This document shows, in pieces, positions 39,331 to 53,088 of a stretch of DNA of 64,000 nucleotides (its first letter is position 1; the number at the start of each line of letters is the position of its first letter). A program made the translations under genes and the position numbers. Source of the stretch: Octopus bimaculoides (taxonomy: Eukaryota); assembly GCF_001194135.2 (NCBI RefSeq), contig NC_068982.1, positions 65,186,928-65,250,927 of the forward strand, given 5' to 3'. The notes under the pieces are model-generated. The model saw only the letters and a program-made list of their open reading frames with translations, made no database searches and was not told the DNA's origin.

Positions 39331-40454
39331 TAACCATTCCAACCTTGTGACAACCAATTTACTAAATGGTACTGAGTCAGGGTCTCTGTAATGGGACCCT
39401 AACCTTAAACTGATTATTGACTTAGCATATTTTATACCCTACCCCCTGCCCCACTCCCACCACGCATTTTTCTACCCCACATTGTAATGGTTGATTGATT
39501 TGCACTCTTTTTAAAGCATCCCTAATTGGATATAGGACGACCCAGCTTTCACAGAGATCAGCAAGTTAATCATAATGACTTCTATAAACGACCAACACCA
39601 TTATTTTACGAGAGGTGGTGGCGGTGGGTAGGTAGATGAATGGCATGCAGTAATGGTGGTGGTGAGGATGTGGCAATGATGGGGGCAGGGGCAATTCATG
39701 AGTGTTGAATTTGATTGTCTTACTCTAGAATATTGCACTAGGTCACCAGGAGTAATAAAGTTAATCGTAGTGACCATACAAAGATTGCAGTGCTTCATAT
39801 CAGGATAAAAGCTTTTGGTAATTGTTGTGACCATGGTAGTTAATGATGGTGTTAAAGGCTGATACCTCCACAAACTACTGCTGTTGCTACTACTACTACT
39901 TCTACTACCACCACTACCACCGTCACCACTACCACCATTACTACCACCACTATCACCATCACTACAATCACCACCACCTCCATCACTACTACTACTATGA
40001 GCTTCGTACACGTTTTTGCTAATTTGGTTTCTTTTGATCTTGTAAACAAGATGTGCTCCACCCATGGCACCCATGACATGATGTGACGTGATGGCAAACT
40101 GGGTGTGGTGGAGGTGGTGGTGGTGGTAATAAACAGTAATGATGCTTATGCTAATGTGGATGGTGGTGGTGACGGTGGCTGAGATGCAAGACATGATGTA
40201 ACATACAAGTTTACATCGACCATCTTCAACCTGCTCTCCCACCAACCCTTTCTGACAAATTCTTTCAAATTTATCAATTGAAGCTCTCTTTTTTTTTTTT
40301 TGGTTTCTAGGGTGTTTTTATTTATGGTTTTTTTTTTTTTTTGGTTTCTTCTGTCCACAACAACAACAACAAAAGGCATTGCTCTAAACTGATGGAGTTA
40401 CTGAGACTAGTTTCACTTTTGTCTGCAACAAGACTAAATTACATAATGAAGCAA

Positions 40455-41335
40455 AAAGGTTAAAAATATTGTTTCCCAACCACATGGTTCTGGGTTCAGT
40501 CCCACTGCATGGCACCTTAGCCAAGTGTCTTTTAATATAGCTGCAGGCCAACCAAAGCTTTGTAAGTGGATTTGGTAGATGGAAACTGAAAGAAGCCTAT
40601 CACACACACACACACATATATGTATATATATAGATAGATAGATAGATATGTGTGTATTTTTGTGTTTTTCCCTGCTACCATCAATTGACAACCAATGTTG
40701 GTGCATTTATGTCCCCTGTAACTTAGTGGTTTGGCAAAAGAGACCGATAGAATAAGTACTAGGCTTACGAAGAATAAGACCCAGGGTCAATTTCTTTGAC
40801 TAAAACCCCTTAAGGTGGTGCTGCAGCATGACCACAATTAAATGGCTGAAACAAGTAAAAGAATAAAAGAATGGCTATGTGGTTAAGAAGCTCACCTTGT
40901 AAGCACATGGTTTGGGGTTCAATCTCAGTGTGTGGCACCTTGTGCAAGTGCTTTCTACAATTGTCTCAAGTCAAGCAATGCGTTGTGAGTGAATTTGGTA
41001 GACAAATTGTATGGAAGCCTACTGTATANNNNNNNNNNNNNNNNNNNNNNNNNNNNNNNNNNNNNNNNNNNNNNNNNNNNNNNNNNNNNNNNNNNNNNNN
41101 NNNNNNNNNNNNNNNNNTATGTGTGTGTGTGTATGTGTCTTCATGTTTGTCCCCCACCTCTGCTTGACAACTGGTGTTAGTTTGTTTATATTCTTTAATT
41201 TAGCAATTTAGCAAAAGAGACCAACAAAATAAATAGCAGTCTCAAAAATAAGTTGATTCATTCAACTAAACCCTTCAAGGTAGTGCCCCAGCATAGCCAT
41301 AGAACAATGGCTGAAACGAGTAAAAGATAAAGGAA
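40455..41335 (+). mobile_element. Two head-to-tail CORE-like D1 SINEs
   Basis: The first ends gctgaaacaagtaaaagaataaaagaat at about 40871; the second head ggctatgtggttaagaag follows immediately. Confidence 0.8.
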
Positions 41336-41370
41336 AAATAATGGAATAAAAACAACTGAAAATAATAATA

Positions 41371-41859
41371 CTAGGTTGAGGAAAAAGTTTGTACGCTGCG
41401 TTAAAATAATGAACTGAATGAACACATACACCACAAAAATATATAAAAAAGGCGTAGGAGTGGCTGTGTGGTAAGTAGCTTGCTTTCCAACCACATGGTT
41501 CCAGGTTCAGTCCCACTGCGTGGCACCTTGGGCAAATGTCTTCTACTATAGCCTCGGGCTGACCAAAGCCTTGTAAGTGGATTTGGTAGACGGAAACTGA
41601 AAGAAGCCTGACGTATATATGTATATATATATATATATATATGTATGTGTCGATGTTGGTGTGTTTACGTCCCTGTAACTTAGCGGTTCAGCAAAAGAGA
41701 CCGAAAGAATAAGTACTAGGCTTTCAAAGAATAAGTCCTGGGGTCGATTTGCTCGACTGAAGGTGGTGCTCCAGCATGGCCACAGTCAAATGACTGAAAC
41801 AAGTAAAAAGGGAGTAAGCATTATTTTAACACAGCGCACAAACTTTTTCCTCAGCCTAA
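41371..41859. mobile_element. Mariner-like MITE (about 127 bp when empty) with an inserted D1 SINE
   Basis: About 41-bp TIRs ctaggttgaggaaaaagtttgtacgctgcgttaaaataatg / cattattttaacacagcgcacaaactttttcctcagcctaa (4 mismatches); TA on both sides (41369-41370, 41860-41861). Confidence 0.85.
41451..41812 (+). mobile_element. CORE-like SINE, family D1 (OR2-like), young full-length copy
   Basis: Head ggcgtaggagtggctgtgtggtaag, CORE-like box gcaccttgggcaaatgtcttct, internal (TA)n, tail atgactgaaacaagtaaaaag. Confidence 0.88.
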
Positions 41860-42067
41860 TACTAAAATAAAAATGCTAATACTATAAGTGATTTTCTTTT
41901 TTTTTCTTACATCATCACAAGGCTAGGAATTCTGTAGGGGTAAGAGCAGTCAGTTATATTGACACCTAATACTTGATTGATACTTACTTTATTGATTCTT
42001 GGAAAGATGCAAGGTAGAGATGACCTCAGTAGGAATTTAACCCAGACTTATAAACACTACAAATCAA

Positions 42068-42179
<112 letters not shown>

Positions 42180-42294
42180 TTATTTGCCACCAAAGCAACA
42201 GATGGGAGGACAATACGAAGACAAAGAGTGGGGAATTTACATAGAATGGAATGATTGTGCATGTATGTATGTGTGTATGCATATATGTGTGTTC

Positions 42295-42355
<61 letters not shown>

Positions 42356-43580
42356 CACACACACACACAGAGGCTATTGATAAGGTTGCAAGACGCAACA
42401 AAAATTTTAGGAAAATAAAAAGAAAAATAAGTGGAATTTTACCAGTGAGTGTGTTAATTTTAAGGCACAATAAGAAAATGACTCTCCCCAGACACAACAG
42501 AATATGCTTCAACACACGAAATCACATANNNNNNNNNNNNNNNNNNNNNNNNNNNNNNNNNNNNNNNNNNNNNNNNNNNNNNNNNNNNNNNNNNNNNNNN
42601 NNNNNNNNNNNNNNNNNNNNNNNNNNNNNNNNNNNNNNNNNNNNNNNNNNNNNNNNNNNNNNNNNNNNNNNNNNNNNNNNNNNNNNNNNNNNNNNNNNNN
42701 NNNNNNNNNNNNNNNNNNNNNNNNNNNNNNNNNNNNNNNNNNNNNNNNNNNNNNNNNNNNNNNNNNNNNNNNNNNNNTATGTATGTATGTATGTATATAT
42801 AAGCTGGTAATAGTGATGATGATAAATTTAAATGATAATGATAATAATGATCAAGGAATGAATTAATAAATAAATAAATGGATTTATAAACCAGCAGTTC
42901 CTCATGTTTGTACAAGTGGGTCCTTCAGCCAATTCTGTATGATGTCTTCATGGTTAATATTTGTTGCAACTGCAAATTTGTTTGTTTTTTGTTTTGTTTT
43001 GTTTTGTTTTTGTCTTCACTACCCTAACTCCTCCCACCCCTTTACTATTTTTCTTGATTTTCTTTTTTTTTCAAATGTTTGTTTCTTGAGGAAATTCATA
43101 TTACTGAATTTTCTCTGAAAACTACATGCACATGTTTGTGTGTGTGTAAGTATATATGTATGTGCATTTATACATAACATATATTTAGATACACACACAC
43201 ACACACATATTCAATTTGAATAGGTTTCTGTTTGTCTTATTAAATACATTGAAATTTGCTTGATTTGTTTATTTGATATTTATTGTTTTATTTTCCTTCA
43301 TTTATTTATACATTTATTTAAATCTATGTAATTTTTTTTTCTTCTTGTCTCTTTCTAAAGCTGTGCTGTGTTCATTTACTCTGTGAATAGAAACCATTAA
43401 TGCTTGGATCAGATCATCCCTTGCTGCTTTTCATAGGAGGAATTCTGGAATGTCTTCAATAGTAGCACTACATTTCTGTAGGTTAGTCCCTTTTCAATCA
43501 ATTCTCTGTGGAATGCTTTGTGTATTGCTAACTAGCATTTGCATGCATTTTAGTAGTAGTAGTAGTAGTAGTAGTAGTTA

Positions 43581-44190
43581 AGAATGGTGGTTTACTAAAA
43601 TCATTAGAACATCAGACAAGCTCCCTTATGGTATTTGTTCTGGCTGTTTAGAGTCTGAGTTCAAATCCTGGCATGGTTTACTTTTCTTTTCAATCGTCAT
43701 AGTATTGGTAAAGTACTGGAATCAAATATAATTGACTTCCTCCTATTAATACTTTCTGGGTACCAATACCTCCAAGGTGAATTTTGCTTTTCATCCTTTC
43801 AGAGTCATTAAAATGTGCTGGAGTCAATATAATTCTCTATTATTTTTACCTAAAATTTAAGGGTCAGACTCCATAAGATAAAGTACCAGTCTTATATTGG
43901 GGTTGATGTAATCAACTAACCCCTCCCTTCAAATTTACTGGCCTTGTGCCTATATTAAAAATAAGATTATGAAGGGCAGTGAATTTCAGAATTGTTAGTG
44001 TCAGACAAAATACTTTGAGACATTTCTTCCAGCTCTTTACATTCTGAGTTCAAATCCTGCCAAGGTCAGTTTTGCCTTTCATCTGTCTGGGGTCAATACA
44101 ATAATGTACCAGTCAAGTTCTGGGATCAGTGTAACCAACTAACATATTTCCAACAAAATTGCTGGCCTTGTACCTGAATTAGAAACACAT
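43581..44190 (+). mobile_element. Cluster of degraded, co-oriented family-B SINEs
   Basis: Repeated gagttcaaatcctg and ttgcytttcatc cores near 43660, 43790 and 44050-44090. Confidence 0.7.
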
Positions 44191-44802
44191 ATATCACACA
44201 CACACAGAGTTGTCTTTGTTACCATGTGGTTATGAGTTCTGTCTCATTGCACAGCATCTTGGTCAAATGGCTTCCACTGTAGCCTCAGGGCAACTAATGC
44301 CTTGTGAGAGTAAGCAGTAGATAGAAACTGTACGGAAACCTGTTGTGTGTGTATCATCAATGTGTTAATGTCCACTTTTTCATGCTTGACTGGATTGGAC
44401 AGAGTTTAAGCCAGATTGTCTATCACCAAATGCCCTTTCTATTACCAATTCACATTTGTTTACAAACAATCTAATATATCCCCATGGATATATTACATTG
44501 TTTTTGTAGAGTATTGGAAATGAATGAAATTCCTTTACAACAGTCACTTGATGTCAAGACAAGGAGACACTACACACACATACACATGCTTACACTCACA
44601 CATACATATATACATATACTAGAGGCTTCTTTCAGTTTCTGTATCCACTCACAAGGCTTTGGTTAACCTAGGACAATAGTAGAAGACACTTGCTCACTCA
44701 AGGTGCATTGCAGTGTGACTGAACCTGAAACCATGCAGTTAGGAAGCACACTTCTTCACCACATAGCTGCATATGTGTGTGTGGGGTATGTATTATGTGT
44801 AG

Positions 44803-45140
44803 AGTAAAGGGTCAAGACCTCCTTTGGTCGTGAATGACCATAGGATTGCACATAGAAAGCTCCCCTCTGAGGCACAAGTCCTGGCAAAGTGGTTTGTGGA
44901 AGACCAGCAGTCGCCCATGTGTAACAGCCTTCCCTCTCCACATCACCAATGTTATCCAAGAGAAAGGCAAAGGCCGATACAGCTTGGCACCAGTGACATT
45001 ACAACTCATTTCTACAGCTGAGTGAACTGGAGCAACCTGAAATAAAGTGTCTTGTTCAAGAACACAACACACTACCTGGCCCAGGAATCAAACTTACTAT
45101 CTCATTATTGTGAGCCTGATATTCTAACCACTGACCCATG
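44803..45140 (-). mobile_element. SINE family H (also at about 60421-60690)
   Basis: Shared head and core plus a distinct tail: gtcactggtgccaagctgtatcggcctttg...tcctatggtcattcacgaccaaagg. Confidence 0.82.
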
Positions 45141-45738
45141 TATATTGTGTGTGTCTGCATGCATTTGTGTGTGTTTCTCTGTATGAACATTTACATTCTT
45201 TTGCTTCACATGTATAGTATTGATCTAAAAACGGAGACATTTGTTGGCAATCCTTGTCAGTAATATTATTCTCTAGCTCTGTACTTTCAACGATAAGTGA
45301 AATAAAAAAAAATCTCTTACATGAAAAACAGGACAGTGTTAACAACAGGAAGGGCATCCAGCTGTAAAACAATGCATCAATAATATGTATTTCTCTACCC
45401 CATGCTAAAAATGTGTGTGTGTGTGTGTGTGTAAGGATGTAAAGAGGCTCAAAATATACAGGCTATGATAATGATAAAAACATTAGCGGATTAGATTTTA
45501 AATGTTTCTTTATTAGTGGGGGGAAAAAAAAACATAAAGAAATAAAGAAGAAAAAGGAAATAAAAAAAGAAAAGGGAAACAATAGAGAAAATAGTTTCTT
45601 GCTAAATAATTACATTTTCACTGCATCAATTAAGTTTATCTCTGTTGCTAGGTTGAATTAGCTAATGCAGAAGAGCCCTACTGGAATTCCATTATAGTTT
45701 TAAATAGTCAAATAAATACTGTAATTGTTTTAATGTGA

Positions 45739-45774
<36 letters not shown>

Positions 45775-47169
45775 AATACAGATGGCATTCAAATTTGCTT
45801 TGATGACGTTAATGATGAAAATCAGGACGATAATGATCAATCTCATCATCGTCATCATTATCATCAGTTTGTGTACATCACCGACTGACAAAGAATTGGT
45901 CTAACTTAACACAAGCCTTCAGAGATTACAAAAGGTACAACTGTGGATTTGGCTTCAGAAGAGAACTGTGTTTGTGGGTGTATATGTATGTGTGTGTGAG
46001 AGAGAGAGAGAGAGATGTGAGAAGAGATATATTTCCCCAAAGTTTCTTGAGATTTATAGCATATTGATCTAAGGTTCATTTTGCATGCTTTAGCCATCAC
46101 CACTACTGCTGCTGCTGCTTCTTATTTGCCTTCCTTTTCTCCATTTTCTTTCTCTTTTTCTTTGCCTTTTTCGTCTTTTTCATTTCTTTGCCTTCTTTTT
46201 CTTCTTTACTTTCTTTCTTCTTTCCTCTTTTTTCTTTCTTCCATCACCTCTTTCTTCTCCCCATCTTTCTTCTCCCCCTCTTTCTTCTTTCTCCTCCATC
46301 GTCATCTCTCCCTCCTCTGGGAAGCCTTGAAAGGATTAGTGGAAACAGATTTGCAACATGGATCTGCCTTCTTTAATTCCAATAATGTCCTTACTCAAAG
46401 AAGGGGTCTCACTACAGATCTTTTACCCAATGCAGCATTTTCACTGTGGTTGACCCTATATTCTCTTTGTTCTAATAATAATAATAATAATGATGATGAT
46501 GATGATGATGATAAGAATAATAATTGTTTCTAATCTCTAATGTCATATAATACAGTTTGTTTTAGTTCCAGTCTTCCAGTGTAATATCAGTGGGAATGCT
46601 TAAATCAAAACTTGGATTCATGTGCCATAAAAGGTTCACACAAATGTATGGACACAAACACACATGATTTGTGCCCATACTCCCCCCCCCCACGCATGCG
46701 CACACATAATCACACATTCAACACATACACATCATAAGCACATGAGCATGCACACAAGATGCACATGAACACAAAGCAACAGAAATACACACATGCATGC
46801 ACACAACACATGAACATATACATACAAATCACCTATGAACACCTACATCAACATACATACACACAAGCACATATGGACACATACATAAACACACTCTCAC
46901 AGAACCACACACACACACACACACGTGCGTGCGCACACACAGAACATAAAAATGCACATGAACACAAGCAACATGAATACATTGCATGAAACCACATGAA
47001 CAGTCATACATATGAACATAAACACAGGCACACAAGCCCACATGGACATATGCACAAATGCATTTGCACACACACTTAACTATGCATGCTGGAAAATATC
47101 TGAATAAAATATGGTCTTCCATGCCAACCATGCCATCTCCAACACAAGAAATATGTCAACCATCTAGTA

Positions 47170-47636
47170 CCAGGCATCAGTCACCAGTGATCAGCCACTC
47201 TCATCTCCAGCCATGAGTCATTAGTCACCCCATCAATCATTAACCACCTGTTATCATCCGTCACCAACAGCCAGTCAATAGACACCACAATCACTAACCA
47301 CCAGCCAATCACTCACCATCAATCATTGACCACTTATCATTCATCATCCATCCTTATCATCAGCCAGTCAATAGACATCCTAATAACCAACCACTAGCCA
47401 TCACTCACCATCAATCACCAACCATCTTCCATCAGTCATCATCAGTCACCATCCACCAATTATTGACCACTGTTCATCACCAAACATGAACCATCAAGTA
47501 CAAGCCATCAACCACCATCAATCATTACCCATGAACCATCAGTCACCACCAGTCATCAGACACCAACCTCTCACCATCCAGCAGTCACCATATATCACCC
47601 AACACCATCCACTATCCATCCACCAACCACTAGCCT
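47170..47636. repeat. Degenerate, G-poor, roughly 7-mer (ccatcaa/ccaccag/tcaccat) satellite with about 92-93-bp higher-order repeat
   Basis: cagccagtcaatagaca at 47268 and 47361; tcactcaccatcaatca at about 47309 and 47401. Confidence 0.75.
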
Positions 47637-48594
47637 TTCTTTACAAATCTTCATTTCTTCTTGTTTTCATGTTTACTCTTTTATTCCATTTGTTCTTTTT
47701 GTTTTTTCATTTGTTTTTTTTTTGTTTTATTTATCTAATCTTATCTATTCTGCATGAATTAGCAAACAGCATCTGTTAATCTATTAATGTGAACACACCT
47801 GTTGAATATGCGCATGTACCATGCACAGCATGAGATAGAAATTTGTGTGTGTGCGTGTGTTTGTGTGTGTGTGTGCGTGTGTGTGTGTGAGATTGTGTGC
47901 GTGTGTGTGTGAGATTGTGTGTGTGTGTGTGTGAGATTGTGTGCGTGTGTGTATGTATGCATGTGGCTGAGTGTGTGCATGACTGTGTACATGCATATGA
48001 ATAAGTGTGTGTAAATATGTTTCTATATGTGCTAACATGCTTCTCTGTGTGTGTATATATATGTGTGTATGTTATATATTTCGTATGGTAAAGTATGTTT
48101 ATATGTTCAAAGCATACAGTCTTGCTGTGGAATTACTCTAGGGGTTATAACCCAGATTCTTGGCAAAATAACATTGGTAATGGAAAGAACAGTCCATGGC
48201 TCGTTAGCACCCTTTGGTCTTCCCGTTACTTATACAGGTTTGCTTAGAATTTAGGCTATGCCTGCAAGATTAATTCCACAAGCTTTACGCACACACACAC
48301 ATGTTTATACGGTTCATATATGTAAAGTCATTAGTTTTCATGACCCAGATGATGTAGAGAGAATGTGTGTGTGTGCGCATGAGCATCTGTGTGTGTGGAT
48401 GTTCATATATGTCTGTATACACTGAGCTATCTGCATGTCTGGATGAGAGGAACACTGTGATATCTCACTGCCTCGCATGTCAATTCTTGTGGAGACCTGT
48501 GATCATAGATATATTTAGTTCTAACGTACAGTTATTTGCTCTGGTAGGGCAAAGCAGAAATATAAAGTGTGTGTGTGTGTGTGTGTGTGTGTAT

Positions 48595-48935
48595 CTTTTA
48601 TCTTTTACTTGTTTCAATCATTGAACCATGGCTATGCTGGGGCACTGCCTTGAACTGTTTAGTTGAACAAATCTGCTCCAGTATATTTTTGTTTTTTTTT
48701 AGTCTATAGATGTCTTTTGCCAAGCTGCTGCATTATAAAAACATAAACAAACCAATACCAGTTGCCAGGCAGAGGTAGGGACATGCTCACACACACTTCT
48801 ACACAGTTTCCATCTACTAAATTCATTCACAAGGTATTGGTCAGCCTGGGGCTCTTGTAGCATTCAAGGTACTGTGCAGCATGACTGAACGCAAGACCAT
48901 TTTGTTACAAAGTAAGTGTCTTAACCATACAGCAA
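48595..48935 (-). mobile_element. CORE-like D1 SINE, degraded
   Basis: Starts on the + strand with the D1 tail cttttacttgtttcaatcatt; head remnant ttaaccatacagc. Confidence 0.75.
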
Positions 48936-49464
48936 TGTGTGTGTGCCAATATGTATAGACAAAATACATGTATAATATCTGTATGTCTGTATTCCTTATA
49001 GAAGGGTTTTCCAAGCCATTCTAGCAAGGTAAAAGTGAATGTAAAAATGATCGCACATGCAGTCAGATATTCAAATAAATGCACGTACATGCATTTGATA
49101 AAAGCCCCCACAGTCACGTGAGCACATGAAGCCATACACACACACACACACACACACATCATTCATATATGCATACATACATAAAACTATATACACATTT
49201 TTACTAGTAATGTCACTGACATATACCATTAATTTTGTTTTATTATTATTATTATTGCTTTTTTTCCTTTTTTTTTAATCATTCACCTCCTGCATCAGAC
49301 ATGATCCACATGCTGTTATGAACCAGGGGAAGCTTAACAATTACTATGTAAATGAACATAACCCAAATCCATCATTAGTTGCAGAACCAGCCATTACTTT
49401 TACATTCTGCTAAAAGTTAAACATCATAAAATGTTTTTTCAGGCAACTAAAAAATACATACACC

Positions 49465-49521
<57 letters not shown>

Positions 49522-50974
49522 ATAATAAAAAAGAAAACAGGAAAATCAATTCAGGAAACAAGCAAGCTATATATTTCCATTAGTATTGTATGACATTTAT
49601 TTTTATTTTTGCTGAAATCAAAATCAGATAAATAGGGGAAGCAGATGAATGCAGTTAAAAATTCTCTACCAATAACCCCCCCACACACACACACACACAC
49701 ATACATATATATAAAGGTTTCAATAATAATATTAAATAAAAAGCATAAATTTGTCAATTTTGAAATTTAATTTCTAATATAAAAAAAAATTGCCCTTTTT
49801 GTTTTGTTTTTTTGTTTTTTGTATAGTAAATTTAACATAATTTGCATATATTTTAGATGTTAAACAGAACGTATTTAATTGAATTCTCAATAATTTGCTG
49901 GCTGAATGCTCTTAAAAGTGTTAATGACTGTACAACAAATAGCTTAGGATGTTGTAGTATCAGAGTGATTGTCCCATAATTTTTGTGTTTTTGTTTGTTT
50001 TTTTTTTTAAACTTCCTTCAATTTACATTTTGTTTTGAAATAAAATTTCATTCAACCAGTACTAGATGAGCTATAATTCCATCCATCTGTTCGTCCATCC
50101 GTTCATCCATCTACCCTTCCAGTGCATACAGACAAAAACCCAGACAAAAACTATAAATAATTAATAATTACTAAATATAAAAAGTTACTGGTTTTCAATT
50201 CATTATAAAAATACTAATTTAATGCATGGAATTCAGTGAATGGATGCTATTTTAATGTTAGACAGACACAATTTCCTTTCCCTTTCAAACTTGATGTTTA
50301 TACTTATAATAACGCTATTAAACACACGTGCTGTGGATTTCGTTTCTATTATACAGTAAGTATCTTGCACGTAAAGGCATAACTCATTCTGCCTCTTTGC
50401 TCCATGCCATTACAGAGTGAGAAGTGTGGACATGTGTTTTATTGTGTGTGTATTTGTTAGATTGCATATGTGTTCACTGCTAATGATTGAACTGATTATT
50501 TTTTTCATTTTATAGGAGTGTGTAGTCATATGAAATAGAAATAATGAGCCTGTATGTANNNNNNNNNNNNNNNNNNNNNNNNNNNNNNNNNNNNNNNNNN
50601 NNNNNNNNNNNNNNNNNNNNNNNNNNNNNNNNNNNNNNNNNNNNNNNNNNNNNNNNNNNNNNNNNNNNNNNNNNNNNNNNNNNNNNNNNNNNNNNNNNNN
50701 NNNNNNNNNNNNNNNNNNNNNNNNNNNNNNNNNNNNNNNNNNNNNNNNNNNNNNNNNNNNNNNNNNNNNNNNNNNNNNNNNNNNNNNNNNNNNNNNNNNN
50801 NNNNNNNNNNNNNNNNNNNNNNNNNNNNNNNNNNNNNNNNNNNNNNNNNNNNNNNNNNNNNNNNNNNNNNNNNNNNNNNNNNNNNNNNNNNNNNNNNNNN
50901 NNNNNNNNNNNNNNNNNNNNNNNNNNNNNNGGAAGGTTTGGGGGTGATGTACAGGAATTATATATATATATACA

Positions 50975-51101
50975 CAGGGTGTCCACAAGGTCTGGGTACA
51001 TGGAGTAAATAAAATCATAACCTAAACAATTAAATATAAGAAATAATAATTTCTTAAAGTATGTGTTAATCCCCATGTACCCAGACTTTGTAGACACCCT
51101 G
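50975..51101. mobile_element. Tc1/mariner-type MITE, 127 bp
   Basis: 29-bp TIRs cagggtgtccacaaggtctgggtacatgg / ccatgtacccagactttgtagacaccctg (2 mismatches); sits in a (TA)n tract with TA on the right. Confidence 0.88.
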
Positions 51102-51291
51102 TATGTATATATATATATAGTGTGTGTGGGGATGGGGTGCATGCACATTTATGTGTATCCTTGTCTTGACATGTGATGTTTGTAAATGAGTTTTACTGTC
51201 ATATAAGTGATGTTGTTCATTTCTAGTCTTCCATGAAAATGTCTGGCCATGGAGGAATATTACCTTACTTGAAAACAGGTGAGGGTTGGTG

Positions 51292-51433
51292 ACAGAGGGC
51301 TTAGAAAAACTGAAGGCCCACTGCAATAAGTGTGTGAATCTGAGAGGGGAATATGTTGAATAAAATTATGATTAAATGATCCTCCTGTATTTTCTTTTAC
51401 CCAAAGCCAGAAACTTTTCAGTACCGCCTTGTA
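51292..51433 (+). mobile_element. Mariner transposon 3' end (transposase C-terminus plus right TIR)
   Basis: Reads TEGLEKLKAHCNKCVNLRGEYVE*, matching the mariner C-terminal GI.KL..RW.KC....G.YVE motif; followed by the TIR-like ccagaaacttttcagtaccgccttg and TA. Confidence 0.82.
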
Positions 51434-51627
51434 ACTCTTCTTTATGCATAAACGTAAATATGTATATGCATACAGGAGCAGTATGGCTTTGTAATAAGAA
51501 GTTTGTTTCCCAACCATGTGGCCTTGGGTAAGTGTCTTCTATAGCTCTGAGCTAACCACTCATCAAAGCCTTGTGAGCGGATTTGGTAGATGGAAACTGA
51601 AATGAAGCCCATCCAATACATATATAG

Positions 51628-52150
51628 ACAGGAGTTTCAGTTGTTGATTGGGAGAGGGAGGTATAAGACCGAAATGGATGGAGGAAAAGTGTGCACAGTG
51701 GTGGTTCGAAGTTTGAAAGAGAGAGAATGAAGTATGGGGAGATCAAGAGAAAGCTTAGAAAGAATGAACCTGTGGGAAATGAAGGACTGTTGCTTCTTAT
51801 GAGTGTGATTTGTGGGAGGAAATACTTGAGTCATACAGGTCTGGATAGCCATCAGCAAACTCAGAAATCAACCCCTTGTAAATTGTGATACAGCTATTGT
51901 TCACAACAGAACATGTGCAACCTGTGGAAAGGTGTGCCATTCAGTTGAAAGATTAAAAGGCATGTCAAAAGATTTCATACTGTGGCACCTGTTCCTTCTG
52001 CTAGTCAGCACAACTGTGCATTATGCAATGGGATGTGCAAATCTTTAGCTAGGCTCAAGTGTCATACAAGGGTCTCACATTGCATCATCAATGACTCATT
52101 TCAATGATTCTTTCTAGCAATGACTTTGGTTGAACACAAAGCAGCTACTG
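51628..52150 (+). mobile_element. RTE/BovB-like LINE 3' end with three degraded C2H2 zinc fingers
   Basis: VVDWEREV*DRNGWRKSVHSGGSKFERERMKYGEIKRKLRK matches the RTE-BovB WE.LA.DR..WR..V..G...FE..R....KR..RK motif; three C-x2-C-x12-H units follow; (TA)n tail. Confidence 0.82.
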
Positions 52151-52151
52151 C

Positions 52152-52184
<33 letters not shown>

Positions 52185-53088
52185 TAAATAAATAAATGAA
52201 GTCCATCCTGTTTGTATATATATATATATATATATATANNNNNNNNNNNNNNNNNNNNNNNNNNNNNNNNNNNNNNNNNNNNNNNNNNNNNNNNNNNNNN
52301 NNNNNNNNNNNNNNNNNNNNNNNNNNNNGTATATATATATATATATATATACTAGAAACAGGAGCTAATACACCACCAACTCAGTCCACCCACCCCCATT
52401 CCATTTTCGGAAAATAAGTGCACTGTTATCTGTGGAATGATCAAATTAATTGAAATGACACAAAAAAACCTGAAATATTATCTATTTTAATTACTGTTTT
52501 TAGCAGTCAGTGTACAGACAAACAACTTTTGCTTTTTATAAGGATATAGATATATATAAATGAAGCCCATCCTATATGTGTATGTTACTGTCGCCCTGCC
52601 TTGACTTTGCGTAAGACTTGTCAACAAATGTCGCCAGCATGCAAGTGGTGTCCTTCATTTTTAATCTTCTATGAAAGCCTGTCTAGTCATTAGGAACATT
52701 ACCTTACTTGGAAACTGGTCAGGGTTGGCAACAGGAAGGGCATGTGGCTGTAAAAAATTCACCTCAATCAATTCTAGCTTACCCATACAACATGGAAAAG
52801 TGGATGTTAAATATGCCTAGCATTGCCATCGTCCAATGACTGAAACAAGTAAAAGAACGAATAAGAGGACATGAAATATTAGTACACATTATCTTTTCTA
52901 ATATAGATCCAAATCCTTAACAAATTTTGTAGAAGGCGATAGACAATTAAATCAACCCTAGTACTGGTACTTTATTTTGTCAACTCTGGAAGGATAAAAG
53001 GCAAAGTTGACCATAGCAGGATTATGAATCCCTTAGTTTGGTTTCCTTTTAAAATATCCCTTTCTCTATTGATTATCCTGATTAAACG

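Noticed and set aside
45650-45890. Two plus-strand exon-like segments (VELANAEEPYWN...; DGIQICFDD...)
   Set aside because: Weak donor in one, GAT/CAT low-complexity bias in the other; indistinguishable from background without expression data.
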